Virus record (IMG/VR): IMGVR_UViG_3300014208_000021
Span: 1-30,520 of that record
Origin: a virus
Length of the DNA stretch: 30,520 bases
Direction: 5' to 3' (one strand)
Part shown: positions 15,814 to 24,534 of the stretch, piece by piece
How the letters are laid out: the number at the start of each line of letters is the position of its first letter
Numbering within the stretch: position 1 is the first letter of the stretch
The notes under the pieces: generated by a model
What the model was told of the DNA's origin: nothing
The model's database searches: none
The model's input: the letters and a program-made list of their open reading frames with translations, nothing else
Made by a program: the position numbers and the translations under genes

Positions 15814-15815
15814 AA

Positions 15816-16256
15816 ATGAAACAACAAATTGAGAGTTTGATTGATCGTCTTGCAGATAAGAGTTTGACGTTTGGATGTCTTTGCTTTGATACTCTTAACC
15901 AAAAAGTAGGACGTTATCATGGAGGAGAAACAGAAAAAGAAGGAATTGCAAATTGTATAATCCTCGGTCATCCTATTCATCTACACGATGTACTGGAGAA
16001 AATCGAAAATCAATTTAATGAAAATCCAACTACTTTCAAAGGATGTCCTGGACATAAAGCAGTATCTCTTTTATGGGTTTGGCAACCTCTAGGCTTCACC
16101 AAGTCAGTACAGGAAATTTACAATGAGTGTCAGTGGGAACAGATACATAGAGATTTTCCGTGTGATGGCATTTGTCATCCGAGTCATCAAATACAAGTTC
16201 CCCTTCAACAAACCCACAGAGACTTTTTCCAATTCCTTTTAGATTTAAAACTTTAA
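15816..16256 (+). CDS. Hypothetical protein
   Basis: 146-aa ORF. LTFGC...ILGHPIHLHDVL resembles a recurrent phage protein of unknown function. Confidence 0.65.
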   Translation: MKQQIESLIDRLADKSLTFGCLCFDTLNQKVGRYHGGETEKEGIANCIILGHPIHLHDVLEKIENQFNENPTTFKGCPGHKAVSLLWVWQPLGFTKSVQEIYNECQWEQIHRDFPCDGICHPSHQIQVPLQQTHRDFFQFLLDLKL

Positions 16257-16258
16257 AC

Positions 16259-16417
16259 ATGACAATTTTTAAACAAATTCAAGAATTAGCAAATAATATA
16301 AGAATAAAAGCATATCTGGCAAACTTAAATAAAGGGAATAAATCACCCGATGAATACATGAATGAAATAATTGATCTCAATGAACAAATTGAAGAAATCT
16401 ATTCCACAAAATGGTAA
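16259..16417 (+). CDS. Hypothetical mini-protein (52 aa)
   Basis: This is an internal ATG of track ORF 16172-16417, lying just after the stop of the preceding gene. The upstream part of the track ORF overlaps 15816-16256. Confidence 0.45.
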   Translation: MTIFKQIQELANNIRIKAYLANLNKGNKSPDEYMNEIIDLNEQIEEIYSTKW

Positions 16418-16521
16418 AAAAATAAAGTTTGATGAATGGATTAAAATTGTTTCAGAAGGAAAACAATACAAAATATATAAAACAAAAAATTATAAAAAAT
16501 TATACCCTAATCTATAAAAAT

Positions 16522-16692
16522 ATGACCGCACAAGAACTCTTCGATTCCTTTAATCTCAAAGGAAAGATTACAGAACAGCATGCTAAAGAGATTATTATGA
16601 GCCTTGAGTTAGAATTACTCAAAGCCAATAGGAATGGATTCGCAGAAGCAAGAGAAGTTATGCTGGGCTCTTTATCCTCTAACCAAAAGTAA
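16522..16692 (+). CDS. Hypothetical mini-protein (56 aa). The start is ambiguous: 16429 or 16522.
   Basis: The 5' third of track ORF 16429-16692 is an A-rich, low-complexity tract containing tandem AAAAAATTATA (16484-16504). That tract looks non-coding. Confidence 0.4.
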   Translation: MTAQELFDSFNLKGKITEQHAKEIIMSLELELLKANRNGFAEAREVMLGSLSSNQK

Positions 16693-16694
16693 GC

Positions 16695-16868
16695 ATGGAA
16701 AAGAAACGGAAAGTAAATAGATTTATTGGCCTATTTAACTACGATGAATGTCCTAAATGTGGATATGCACTTATTGTTAACACTCAATTAAGAAGCATTG
16801 GGATTAGGGAATGTGCGAGATGTGATTTTGTTGGTAGACTTCAAAAAAAGAACTTCACAAATAAATAA
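16695..16868 (+). CDS. Zinc-ribbon mini-protein (57 aa), below the ORF-track cutoff
   Basis: Hand-translated as MEKKRKVNRFIGLFNYDECPKCGYALIVNTQLRSIGIRECARCDFVGRLQKKNFTNK. It has CPKC...CARC. Confidence 0.5.
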   Translation: MEKKRKVNRFIGLFNYDECPKCGYALIVNTQLRSIGIRECARCDFVGRLQKKNFTNK

Positions 16869-16894
16869 CTTTTTATTCTTTACCCTCCCTCTCT

Positions 16895-17314
16895 ATGGAA
16901 CCACAAGTTCAGCCAGAAAAGGCTCAAAAATCACTCTCGGACAGGTTTACTATTTCTCCGACAACAGCAGTCGGGATTATAGGGGCAATCCTTTTGGGAT
17001 GCCTTGCAATCAACGGACTCATGAGGCCCTTGTCCGCCAATGCAATCATGACGGCCCAAAATGACCCCGTATTAGCCCAAATGGAAGACGTAAGGGCTAC
17101 TCTTGTGAATAATCTTTCAGATGCACAAGAATTACACCAAAAGGCCGAAGAATTAGAAATGAAAACACGAGAAAATGAATCTGAATCAGAACTTGTATTG
17201 TGTGAAAATGATCGAATGATGGCTCAATACAAACTTTCGATGGGATATGACCATGAAAGAACACAAGAGCTTCAAGACAAAGTGAACACGATGTGCATCG
17301 TTCTGGGTTTTTAG
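16895..17314 (+). CDS. Membrane-anchored coiled-coil protein
   Basis: 139 aa. The TM segment is AVGIIGAILLGCLAINGL, followed by a helical acidic region. I prefer it to the overlapping ORF 16798-17064. Confidence 0.6.
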   Translation: MEPQVQPEKAQKSLSDRFTISPTTAVGIIGAILLGCLAINGLMRPLSANAIMTAQNDPVLAQMEDVRATLVNNLSDAQELHQKAEELEMKTRENESESELVLCENDRMMAQYKLSMGYDHERTQELQDKVNTMCIVLGF

Positions 17315-17712
17315 ATCGGGGGGCGGTATCCGAAGACTTGCCGGCGCCTGTAATTCCAGAGCCTACAAGTCAACCAACCGCAAGCTCGGAGGTGGAAAAG
17401 GAAGTGGCATCTCCGAGCCTATCGATTGAAATTCTATCCCTAGCAATCGCCTATCATGAAACAAACAATGGGACCAACCCAAAGAGCGTCGGATATCCTC
17501 CCCAAAATGATGTGTGTGGATTATACGATAGCAGGGCCGGCCGTTTCATGTCATTCCCAACCTACGAAGATGGTCTCAATAAATGTAGAGAAGTACTCTC
17601 GGACCACTATGCTGGATTATCAATTTATCAAATTGCTCAAAGCTGGACGGGTACCCAAAAGGAAGAATGGATAAATAATGTTACCTTTTTCTATAATAAA
17701 TTCTCACAATGA
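17293..17712 (+). CDS. Possible lysozyme-like / lytic-transglycosylase-like protein (weak)
   Basis: GTG start. LAIAYHETNNGTNPKS...CGLYDS...IYQIAQSWTG loosely fits the SLT pattern (catalytic Glu, then GL, then an aromatic motif). Confidence 0.3.
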   Translation: MHRSGFLDRGAVSEDLPAPVIPEPTSQPTASSEVEKEVASPSLSIEILSLAIAYHETNNGTNPKSVGYPPQNDVCGLYDSRAGRFMSFPTYEDGLNKCREVLSDHYAGLSIYQIAQSWTGTQKEEWINNVTFFYNKFSQ

Positions 17713-18035
17713 AAACACAACACGACAAAATCATAGATATTCTTTCAGACGGAAGGTGGCATGATGGGCACGAGTTTCTTTTTGCCGGTATAACACAACA
17801 CAATACGCGAATGGATGAACTTAGGAAGATTGGGTTTATCCTTGAAAACAGGAGTCCTAAAAAATCGGAAGTTAAGCATCCAATGTACGAATGGCGTTGT
17901 CTTGGAAGGACAGACCACATACCTAGTAATATGAGGTCGTTTCGCGCACCTGATATGTCAATAAAAAAGAAAGAAATTAAGAAATCAAATAAACTTAAAA
18001 AAGCCTTACAGAGAAGACTTTTTCCCCTTCCGTGA
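17709..18035 (+). CDS. Winged-helix DNA-binding protein (BirA-N / HTH_11-like)
   Basis: IIDILSDGRWHDGHEFLFAGITQHNTRMDELRKIGFILE resembles the pattern iL..L..g.w.sG.eLa...gisr.av.k.I..Lr..G..Ie. Confidence 0.45.
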   Translation: MKTQHDKIIDILSDGRWHDGHEFLFAGITQHNTRMDELRKIGFILENRSPKKSEVKHPMYEWRCLGRTDHIPSNMRSFRAPDMSIKKKEIKKSNKLKKALQRRLFPLP

Positions 18036-18047
18036 AGTTGATTTTAC

Positions 18048-18075
18048 TTGCATTTTTTATTATTTTTGTTACAAT
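18048..18075 (+). promoter_or_regulatory. Promoter candidate: TTGCAT, 16-nt spacer, TGtTACAAT (extended -10)
   Basis: TTGCAT at 18048-18053, TG at 18067-18068, TACAAT at 18070-18075. The next ATG is at 18082, 7 nt after the -10. Confidence 0.5.
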
Positions 18076-18081
18076 AAAACC

Positions 18082-18357
18082 ATGAAAACACTCGGAGAAA
18101 AAATATATGTAAATTGTAATGGGAATATTGGAGAGTACACCATCGCTGGTGTGCGCTATATTCCTATTCAGATCAATGCCGACGATCAAGACGGAACTGG
18201 TGTTGCAATAGCCGAGGAAATGGGGGTAACTCTTGGTGTACCAGATTATGATTCTTCAAAGGTTCAATACTTACTAAAGGAGGCTCAACGCCATGATTAT
18301 TGGGTTGATGAGTCTTGTGTTTTTGACTCCAAAGATGAAATGCTAGCCTCAATTTAA
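18082..18357 (+). CDS. Hypothetical protein
   Basis: 91-aa ORF. Confidence 0.6.
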   Translation: MKTLGEKIYVNCNGNIGEYTIAGVRYIPIQINADDQDGTGVAIAEEMGVTLGVPDYDSSKVQYLLKEAQRHDYWVDESCVFDSKDEMLASI

Positions 18358-18364
18358 TTTCTTT

Positions 18365-18820
18365 ATGGAAAAACTAAAGAAGAAAATCGAAGAAGCTCGA
18401 GTTAATTTTATGTCTATGCTTTTCCGAAGAAATCCAAACTATCGCAACTTTGTTTTAGCGATTGGGTTCAATGATGAAGTCAAAGACTCCGGGGAAATCA
18501 GGACCATAATATCATTAAAACTCAATGATGGAATTAAGGAGTTTCAAGTTATAGCAAAAGGGGTCGAATCGTTTGGGGACGCTCTGATCGGTATTGTCGA
18601 AATCATAGAGGGAAAGATTAGTTTTGTTAGTGATCTGATTTTGTCAGATGTTTTTTGTGAAGAAGGAAGAGAAACAAAACTACACCGTGCGCAGTGTAGC
18701 CATTGCCTTTCTCTTTCAACGGCAAAGTTATCGCGCGTGGAAGCAATGGCCGAAGTCGGCGAATTTATTGGGACAATTCTTTTTTGTAAATCATGCCATT
18801 ATAAGTTATTGATAAAATAA
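18365..18820 (+). CDS. Hypothetical protein with a C-terminal CxxC...CxxC
   Basis: 151-aa ORF with CSHC...CKSC. Confidence 0.6.
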   Translation: MEKLKKKIEEARVNFMSMLFRRNPNYRNFVLAIGFNDEVKDSGEIRTIISLKLNDGIKEFQVIAKGVESFGDALIGIVEIIEGKISFVSDLILSDVFCEEGRETKLHRAQCSHCLSLSTAKLSRVEAMAEVGEFIGTILFCKSCHYKLLIK

Positions 18821-18831
18821 TAAAATGTTTT

Positions 18832-19242
18832 ATGACAAAGCCGTTAAAAATCGGAGGAAAACGAAATAGGGGTGTTGATGAGCATGGACGTTTCACGGTT
18901 GGAAACCCCGGTGGTCCCGGTAGGCCAAAGGGTAGCCTTTCGGTTGTGGATGCAATACGCAGGGAACTTGAAAAAGTTATACCTGGACAAAAAAAAACAT
19001 ACCTTGAAAAATTAGTCACGAAAGTTTTATTCACAGCTTGCACAGTAGGAGACGTAGCGATGATTAAGGATATTATTGATCGTGTTGATGGTAAGCCAGC
19101 TCAAACGATTATGATGAAGGACGACAGAATGACTGAGGAAGAGGCATTAGATCAACTTAAAAAAGAACTTTTAAATGATAATTCTTCCAAAAAAACAAGC
19201 CCTCGAAATATACGAAGACCAAAAAAAGGTCGAAAGGCTTAG
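18832..19242 (+). CDS. terS: Terminase small subunit
   Basis: GRFTVGNPGGPGRPKGS is the common small-terminase N-terminal motif (F.kGqSGNPgGRPKG). It is immediately upstream of TerL. Confidence 0.7.
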   Translation: MTKPLKIGGKRNRGVDEHGRFTVGNPGGPGRPKGSLSVVDAIRRELEKVIPGQKKTYLEKLVTKVLFTACTVGDVAMIKDIIDRVDGKPAQTIMMKDDRMTEEEALDQLKKELLNDNSSKKTSPRNIRRPKKGRKA

Positions 19243-20749
19243 TCCTGAACCATTACGTTTTTTATTACGGTCCGTATACTTTTACCGGACAGATCTTTTG
19301 GCTCGGGATATTTTTCAAAGGTGGACCTCTGACAAAATAACCGGACAACGCTTCGCGTCTCCTCCATTTCATCATGAATTGTGGGGCCACATGGATTCTA
19401 GGCAAGACTTTTTAGGGATTGTGCATAGAGATTCCGCGAAGACTACTGCGGTCTCAAAAATTTATTGTACAAAATCATTGCTCTACGGGTTAGATCAATC
19501 AATCCTTTTAATTATGTCAAAGGGTTTAGGTGAAGAAGTGATCGGAGATATTCAAAGGGAGCTCATGGAAAATAAGAGATTAAGATTTATTTTTGGAGAT
19601 CTTATACCATCCGATAGTCAAACTGAGCGATCAAAGAAGTGGCGCGCGCGCGAGTTACAGCTTAGAAATGATACTGAGATAAAAAGTGCCACAAAAGGTG
19701 AAACGATACGCGGGCGTAGGCCAACTCGTATACTGATCGATGACCCTCAGGAAGAAAAGGACGTTAAAAACCCACGAATTGCAAAGGCTTTTTATTCATG
19801 GGTTTGGACAACAGTGTACCCGGCTCTTGCGTTAGGAGGTTCGATGGCAGTCCTTGGGACAGTTATAAGCGAAAATTGTTTTGTAAACATACTCTCACAA
19901 GAGGCAAAGGCTAAAAAATTTAAGGTAATAAAATATCCTATTTTGAGAGATTTTGACCCAACAAAAGACATTGATATGATAAACGGGGACATTCATTTTA
20001 AAAAAGGCGTTTCTTTATGGCCGGAGAGGTGGCCGATTAAAGTGATTGAACAAAGATGTCAAAAGATTGGACTCGACGCGTTTATGCAAGAGATGTTGAA
20101 TATTCCTATTATTCTTAACGGTTCTCCTGTATTTTCAAAGCGATATTCTTATAAAAAGGTCAATGTCGTGGACGTTTTGGATGAGGTTTCTTTTTATGTT
20201 AAAGAATTTCCAGATGATGGTTTTATTGGAATTGATACGGCCTCCGGGAGAGTCGGTGGAGATTTCTCGACGGTCGTTTGTCGTGACATAGGTGGAAAAC
20301 TTTTAGCACAATATAAAGGATATATCGCGCAAGATTTATTGTGCAAAAAGGTTGATGTCATGGCTACTAAATTCAAGAATTTAAAAATAGTGCCTGAAAA
20401 TAATAACGCATTGGCTTTTCTACAGGAAGCTCGAAATCATGCGTGGTATGGTTCAATTTATAGAGAAAAGGTTATGGATAAAATTACCATGAAAGAAAGC
20501 GAAAGACTCGGGTGGAGTACGAACGGAAAAACAAAACCATTACTTATAAATGGCCTTGATATGCGTTATCGGTCTGGAGATTGGGAAGTGAGCCCAGAAC
20601 TTTATGAAGAAATAACTCACTACTACTACAATGAAAATGGAGAGGCCGGTGGAATTTCTCCCTACCATGATGACCTTGTAATTGCTGATGGTTTATCGGT
20701 CCAAGCAATAAAGTCCGGGATTGCGGCTCCGTTCCTTGCGTTTATTTGA
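19175..20749 (+). CDS. terL: Terminase large subunit
   Basis: Walker A-like GIVHRDSAKTT, Walker B-like TRILIDDPQEE and a C-terminal nuclease-like region. The start is uncertain: the 19175 ATG overlaps terS by 68 nt and there is no in-frame ATG soon after 19242. Confidence 0.85.
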   Translation: MIILPKKQALEIYEDQKKVERLSPEPLRFLLRSVYFYRTDLLARDIFQRWTSDKITGQRFASPPFHHELWGHMDSRQDFLGIVHRDSAKTTAVSKIYCTKSLLYGLDQSILLIMSKGLGEEVIGDIQRELMENKRLRFIFGDLIPSDSQTERSKKWRARELQLRNDTEIKSATKGETIRGRRPTRILIDDPQEEKDVKNPRIAKAFYSWVWTTVYPALALGGSMAVLGTVISENCFVNILSQEAKAKKFKVIKYPILRDFDPTKDIDMINGDIHFKKGVSLWPERWPIKVIEQRCQKIGLDAFMQEMLNIPIILNGSPVFSKRYSYKKVNVVDVLDEVSFYVKEFPDDGFIGIDTASGRVGGDFSTVVCRDIGGKLLAQYKGYIAQDLLCKKVDVMATKFKNLKIVPENNNALAFLQEARNHAWYGSIYREKVMDKITMKESERLGWSTNGKTKPLLINGLDMRYRSGDWEVSPELYEEITHYYYNENGEAGGISPYHDDLVIADGLSVQAIKSGIAAPFLAFI

Positions 20750-20789
20750 CATCTCTTTTAAAATGTAAGCAGTCTTTAAAAATCAAATC

Positions 20790-22913
20790 ATGGGTCTTTT
20801 TTCTTGGATTAGTACGAAAGCAAAAGAGGCAACAGCAAAACTTCCACCGATCATCTCTGTTATCCGGTCGGGTTTTTCTTTTACAAGTAGTCTTAAAAAT
20901 GAGGCTGATTACTATACCGGATGGGTAAGCTCTTGTATTCAAGTCATCGCAAACGAAGTTGCAAACGTCGATTTAATCCTTTTGGAAAAAAGTGCGAATG
21001 GAGAAAAAAAGATGATTTCAACTCATCCAGCCCTTGATTTATTGGATGACATGAATGGATATTTGACGAGATATTTTACGTTTCTTCGGTTACAAAGCAA
21101 TATGGAGCTCTACGGAAATGAATATTGGTTTATTGATTTTAATGGGAATACACCGGTTGGAATTTATCCATTAAATCCGAGGTCTGTTACTCCGAACTTA
21201 GATCAATTTGAGTATGTCGCAAGCTATACATATGTTTTGAACTCCGAAAAAATAATCATACCAAGGAAAAATATTATCCATTTTAGAAACTACTCTCCAA
21301 CAAGCGACGTGATTGGGATGTCTACAATAACCCAGGCTAAACATGCTGTAGAAACAGACGAATACGCTAGGAATTTTAACAAGGCATTTTTTGAGAATAA
21401 CGCACAGCCCGCCGGTACATTAAATACGACACAATCACTTACGGAAGATCAAATTAAATCAATCAAAAAGCAATGGGACGAGGAATTTAAAGGAGCTAAA
21501 AAGAGTCACAAAATGGCAGTTCTCCACAGTGGGGCAACCTTCAATAAAGTTGATGTTACTCATGAGGATATGGAGTTTATAGAGCAACGACGATTTTCCC
21601 GTGATGAGATTTTATCAATTTTCCGTGTCCCAAAAACAATTCTTGGAATTTTAGAGGACACTAACTTTGCCAGTGCTAAAACTGCAAACTATGTTTTCGC
21701 GCTTCGCACCATTGCGCCAAAAGTAAAAATGATTCTCGATACATTGAACACATTTTTCCTACCATTATTTGGTCAAAAAAATCTTATTTTTGATTCCAGA
21801 AATTTAATCCCGGAAGACCGCGCCGAATTGATTTCTTATTATACGGCGGGAATAAATGGTGGATGGCTTACACAAAACGAGGTACGTCGAAAGGAAGGTT
21901 TAAGCGAGGTTGAAAATGGGAACGCTTTATTTTTACCATTTAATCTTTCTCAGGTTGGACAAGTCACAAAATCTGTTCAGGTTTCAAGCCCTATTCAAAA
22001 GATTGCTATGGAATTGGCCGAGGTTGTATTGAAGTCAATTGAAGAACCAAAAAAAGAAGAAATAAAAATGGATGTACGACTCGAGAAAATTGGGAAAGCA
22101 AAAAATGAACGTCAAATCTTGAGGGCTGAAAAATGGGAATTGAAACTTAAAAATATCATAAATGATTTTTTTAAAGGTCAACGCGAAAGGGCGCTTGAAG
22201 GAGTAAAGAGAGACTTATCAAAAAAATCCTATAAATCCTCTAAGCATAATGTCCTTGATTACGATCGAGAAATAAAAGCCACTATTGATCTTTTCACGCC
22301 AATCATGACCGAGTTGATTAAAAGTGAAGGTCAGGCCGCTTATGATTATTTAGATATGTCCGAGGATTTTGATGTCGAGGAGCCTTCGATAATTAAATTC
22401 ATAAATAAAAGCATTAAAAAACTGTCCGGAGAAATAACCGAGACAACCATTTCAGAGATTGGCTTGATCATCTCGCGCGGAGTTGATAGTGGTCTCTCAT
22501 TCGATGAAATAGCGAGCGAGGTGTCAAATTACACCGGATTTTCAGAGTCACGGTCTTTGAATATCGCACGCACGGAAGTGACACGCGCGCAGGTTGAGAC
22601 AGAGTTGCAAGTATGGGAAGATCTAGGAGTTGTTAAAGCAATGCAGTGGTATACCGCGGAGGATGAAAGGGTTTGTGAGCTTTGTAGCCCAATGCACGGA
22701 AAGGAAATATCGATCGGGGATGAATTTTTAACGCTTGAAGAAATGGAGAAAGTCGGGGTTTCAAATTATAATGGCGCGATAAGCGGCCCGCCCCTTCACC
22801 CGTCTTGCCGATGTACATTGATACCACTTGTAGAAAAGTCAAAAGGATTAAAACCAAAAGAGAAAACAAGTGGTCAACTTTTATCTGATTATTTGTCATT
22901 AAAAAATGGATAA
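20790..22913 (+). CDS. Portal protein (HK97-family-like) fused to a C-terminal MuF / SPP1 gp7-like minor head domain
   Basis: The N-terminal 400 aa or so is portal-like (IYPLNPRSVTP..., FRVPKTILG). The C-terminus NIARTEVTRAQ....WYTAEDERVCELCSPMHGK matches the Phage_Mu_F signature. Confidence 0.8.
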   Translation: MGLFSWISTKAKEATAKLPPIISVIRSGFSFTSSLKNEADYYTGWVSSCIQVIANEVANVDLILLEKSANGEKKMISTHPALDLLDDMNGYLTRYFTFLRLQSNMELYGNEYWFIDFNGNTPVGIYPLNPRSVTPNLDQFEYVASYTYVLNSEKIIIPRKNIIHFRNYSPTSDVIGMSTITQAKHAVETDEYARNFNKAFFENNAQPAGTLNTTQSLTEDQIKSIKKQWDEEFKGAKKSHKMAVLHSGATFNKVDVTHEDMEFIEQRRFSRDEILSIFRVPKTILGILEDTNFASAKTANYVFALRTIAPKVKMILDTLNTFFLPLFGQKNLIFDSRNLIPEDRAELISYYTAGINGGWLTQNEVRRKEGLSEVENGNALFLPFNLSQVGQVTKSVQVSSPIQKIAMELAEVVLKSIEEPKKEEIKMDVRLEKIGKAKNERQILRAEKWELKLKNIINDFFKGQRERALEGVKRDLSKKSYKSSKHNVLDYDREIKATIDLFTPIMTELIKSEGQAAYDYLDMSEDFDVEEPSIIKFINKSIKKLSGEITETTISEIGLIISRGVDSGLSFDEIASEVSNYTGFSESRSLNIARTEVTRAQVETELQVWEDLGVVKAMQWYTAEDERVCELCSPMHGKEISIGDEFLTLEEMEKVGVSNYNGAISGPPLHPSCRCTLIPLVEKSKGLKPKEKTSGQLLSDYLSLKNG

Positions 22914-24510
22914 CAAACAACTTGAAAAACTAGAAAAAAAGATGCTTGAACATCCAGAACTTAGGGATTTTGTTTTGAGGGAGCAAGAGATTCGGAAAGC
23001 AACCATTGAAAAAAAAGCAGACCGTGAATATTACGAGAGTATTTTTGGTATCATGCGCGATAGTTTGGAAAAGATTTCGGGTGTCGCGGATTCTGCTGAA
23101 TTTATGCTTAAAAATGTTGGAGTCATTGCCAGTATAGCGGATACATTGCAAAGTGTTATAAAAGAGGTGAGCCACGAAAATGAAAAGGAAATGATTGATA
23201 CATTAAAAGGAGTACAGACAACACTTTTAGAGATTGAAAAGAAGGTCGCCACTCCTCCCGTCGTGAATATCGCACCGGCGAAAGCTCCTATTATTGAAGT
23301 TAAGGCTCCGGAGGTCCCGGCCCCTGTTGTGATTGATAAAACAACTGTAATACAAGAGACAAAACATATTGAGAAGGCCGTTGAAACATTAAAAGATATT
23401 GCCAAAAAACTTTCTTCCGATAGGGTATACATTAAAAATGCTGAACCGAATGACGCAATATCTGTTCGTTTTGTAGATAAAAACGGAAAAACTTTTACTG
23501 ATTTCGCAGAAGCAATTTCTCGGATTCAAATTCCTGTTGGTGGTGGAGGTTCAAAAATTGCACATACCGCAAGCCAAGATGACCCGCTTCATGTTTCGAT
23601 TTCTTCCGCATTGATTATTGACGATAGCACTCCTATTGAAGTGAATATATCATCGCCAATATATGTTGATTCTACTATACCAGTTTCGGTTACGGTTAGT
23701 TCACCCATTGAAATAAATGATAGCACTCCAATCCAAGTAGCAGAGACAGGAACACCAACCGTGAACCAAGGTACACCAGCGGCCGTTTCTAATTCATGGC
23801 CAGTTTATGGAGGGGTAAAATCTGAAGTTACTGGGTCAGGAAGTGGAGTTGGCCAGTTCCCGGTTACTGCAATCGACGTATCAGATTATCAAGAAATCGA
23901 GCTTCAATTTTATGGAACATTTAGTGCTACAACTGCACTTGAGGGGTCAAATGACGGTATTGGATGGGTTCAAGTGGTTGGGCTTGATGTTGCTTCAAAT
24001 ACTGGTGGCCTTGCTCGTCTTACTACGGCTCCGACAATTTATATAATTCCTGTTCATTTCAAATATTTTAGAGCGCGAATTTCAGCATATACGTCTGGTA
24101 CAGTAAGTGCTATTGCTGAGCTAAAAAACTTTTCATCACACTCGTTATCTGGAGCAGTCAGTATTTCTGGTGGCCCTATTTCTCTTTCAAATAGCAATCA
24201 AAAAACGTCATTTTCTGGAACAGGAGTTGGTACGGCCTTACAGTTTTCACAAAATCCATTATCAAAATTTGGTCTTTCTGTTGCTCGAAAAGGTGGTACT
24301 GCTACCTCTTGGACAGTAAATCTTCAAATAAGTTTGGACAATACGATATGGACGACTATTTTGACTCATACTCTTGCGACAACAGGTGATGGTCAAATCA
24401 TAACGACTTTAAATAATTTTTATCCAGCCCAATATGCTCGGGCACAATGTACCGCAGTTGTTCTTGGCACTGCAACTTCCATAGAAGCATCTATTGTAGG
24501 TATGTTATAA
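22906..24510 (+). CDS. Unknown 534-aa head-module protein: coiled coil, Pro-rich linker, short repeats, then two beta-sandwich-like modules
   Basis: Long ORF between the portal and protease genes. See the finding at 22906-24510. Confidence 0.7.
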   Translation: MDNKQLEKLEKKMLEHPELRDFVLREQEIRKATIEKKADREYYESIFGIMRDSLEKISGVADSAEFMLKNVGVIASIADTLQSVIKEVSHENEKEMIDTLKGVQTTLLEIEKKVATPPVVNIAPAKAPIIEVKAPEVPAPVVIDKTTVIQETKHIEKAVETLKDIAKKLSSDRVYIKNAEPNDAISVRFVDKNGKTFTDFAEAISRIQIPVGGGGSKIAHTASQDDPLHVSISSALIIDDSTPIEVNISSPIYVDSTIPVSVTVSSPIEINDSTPIQVAETGTPTVNQGTPAAVSNSWPVYGGVKSEVTGSGSGVGQFPVTAIDVSDYQEIELQFYGTFSATTALEGSNDGIGWVQVVGLDVASNTGGLARLTTAPTIYIIPVHFKYFRARISAYTSGTVSAIAELKNFSSHSLSGAVSISGGPISLSNSNQKTSFSGTGVGTALQFSQNPLSKFGLSVARKGGTATSWTVNLQISLDNTIWTTILTHTLATTGDGQIITTLNNFYPAQYARAQCTAVVLGTATSIEASIVGML

Positions 24511-24534
24511 TAAAATCAATCTAACCACCCGCCC

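Noticed and set aside
20339-20348. Isolated TTGTGCAAAA inside terL as a functional operator or pac site
   Set aside because: It is a single copy inside coding sequence and cannot be distinguished from chance by eye. It is mentioned in the operator finding for follow-up only.
75-24046. Alternative-frame + strand ORFs (75-272, 2133-2348, 5054-5272, 7543-7725, 8083-8409, 8880-9185, 12090-12272, 16798-17064, 17456-17674, 20746-20928, 23843-24046)
   Set aside because: They overlap longer ORFs that carry recognisable motifs, and their composition looks out of frame.
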